A model generated the notes under the pieces. That model saw nothing but the letters and a program-made list of their open reading frames with translations. It was not told the DNA's origin and searched no databases. The translations under genes were made by a program, and so were the position numbers. A DNA stretch of 64,000 bases from Nanobdellota archaeon. GTDB lineage: Archaea > Nanobdellota > Nanobdellia > Pacearchaeales > GW2011-AR1. Shown piece after piece: positions 63,630 through 64,000 of this stretch (position 1 is the stretch's first letter; every line of letters starts with the position of its first letter). The stretch covers positions 7,690 through 71,689 of the forward strand of contig JAUWPB010000002.1 of assembly GCA_030611805.1 (NCBI GenBank), in the 5' to 3' direction.

Positions 63630-64000
63630 ATGAAAATTAAGGCTGTTTTGGCGGACATGGACGGATGTGTACTTACTTATAAGAATGAACCTTATAATTC
63701 TAGTTGGGATGCTATATCTGAAGCCCTTTTATGCAACAAAGAATGGATAAAAATGAGGGATTTTTATGTTGGGAAAAAAGACAAATATGCTGAATGGTTT
63801 GAAAAACAAGTAGGAATGTTAGAAGGGTTGTCTGTCAAAGAAGCCAGCAGAGTTTTATTCCCTGTTCCTTATTCAAGAGGAGCGGTGGCTTTTTTTAATT
63901 CATTAGATGGAAATTATGTAAAAGGTTTAGTTTCTTCTGGGATAAATATTGTTGCTGAAAAAGTTAGAGAAGATTTAAATTTAGATTTCCAAGTTTCTAA
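63630..64000 (+). CDS. HAD-superfamily hydrolase (partial, runs off window)
   Basis: 'AVLADMDGCV' HAD motif I (DxDG). The ORF is open to the window end and is not in the supplied track. Confidence 0.55.
   Translation, partial: MKIKAVLADMDGCVLTYKNEPYNSSWDAISEALLCNKEWIKMRDFYVGKKDKYAEWFEKQVGMLEGLSVKEASRVLFPVPYSRGAVAFFNSLDGNYVKGLVSSGINIVAEKVREDLNLDFQVS

Overview
Visibly AT-rich archaeal chromosome segment (GC not computed). Archaeal markers include Orc1/Cdc6, PolD small subunit, RpoD/F/N, L21e, L18e, an intron-containing tRNA and an unlinked 5S rRNA. Small proteins and tight gene packing suggest a DPANN-type lineage, but that is inference. All functional calls come from motifs read by eye in the supplied translations; no HMM or BLAST search was run.

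Layout:
- (1) 6-38.7 kb: a very large surface-glycan locus. It holds 13 radical-SAM enzymes (5 B12-binding type, 3 SPASM-like, 5 other), GT2/GT4/GT9/GT-C glycosyltransferases, 5 methyltransferases and an HldD-like heptose epimerase. It also has a sugar nucleotidyltransferase, a split transketolase, a Nudix hydrolase, a Wzx-type flippase, and a sulfotransferase + APS-kinase cassette bracketed by perfect 57-bp direct repeats.
- (2) 38.7-42.5 kb: SecD/SecF, tRNA-Gly(UCC, intron), tRNA-Arg(CCU), tRNA-Leu (anticodon reads AAG) and 5S rRNA.
- (3) 42.5-49.1 kb: RNase P Rpr2-like, RpoN, and a MacB/FtsX-type ABC transporter whose ATPase carries a 509-aa LAGLIDADG intein in the Walker A loop.
- (4) 49.4-54.6 kb: L21e-RpoF-DUF655-S13-S4-S11-RpoD-tRNA-Leu(CAA)-L18e-L13-S9.
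- (5) 54.6-60.1 kb: an accessory stretch with XerA-like recombinase, an HNH/recombinase-domain fusion, an iteron-like array and three wHTH proteins, one carrying a (CTGT)9 microsatellite.
- (6) 60.1-64 kb: an ORB-flanked AT-rich replication origin, orc1/cdc6, PolD DP1 and a partial HAD hydrolase.

Best candidates for undescribed biology:
- the radical-SAM-saturated, heptose-type glycan locus;
- the repeat-bracketed sulfation cassette;
- a conserved GC-rich structured element with a covarying copy of the acceptor 3' strand downstream of both tRNA-Leu genes;
- the iteron/microsatellite wHTH region next to oriC.
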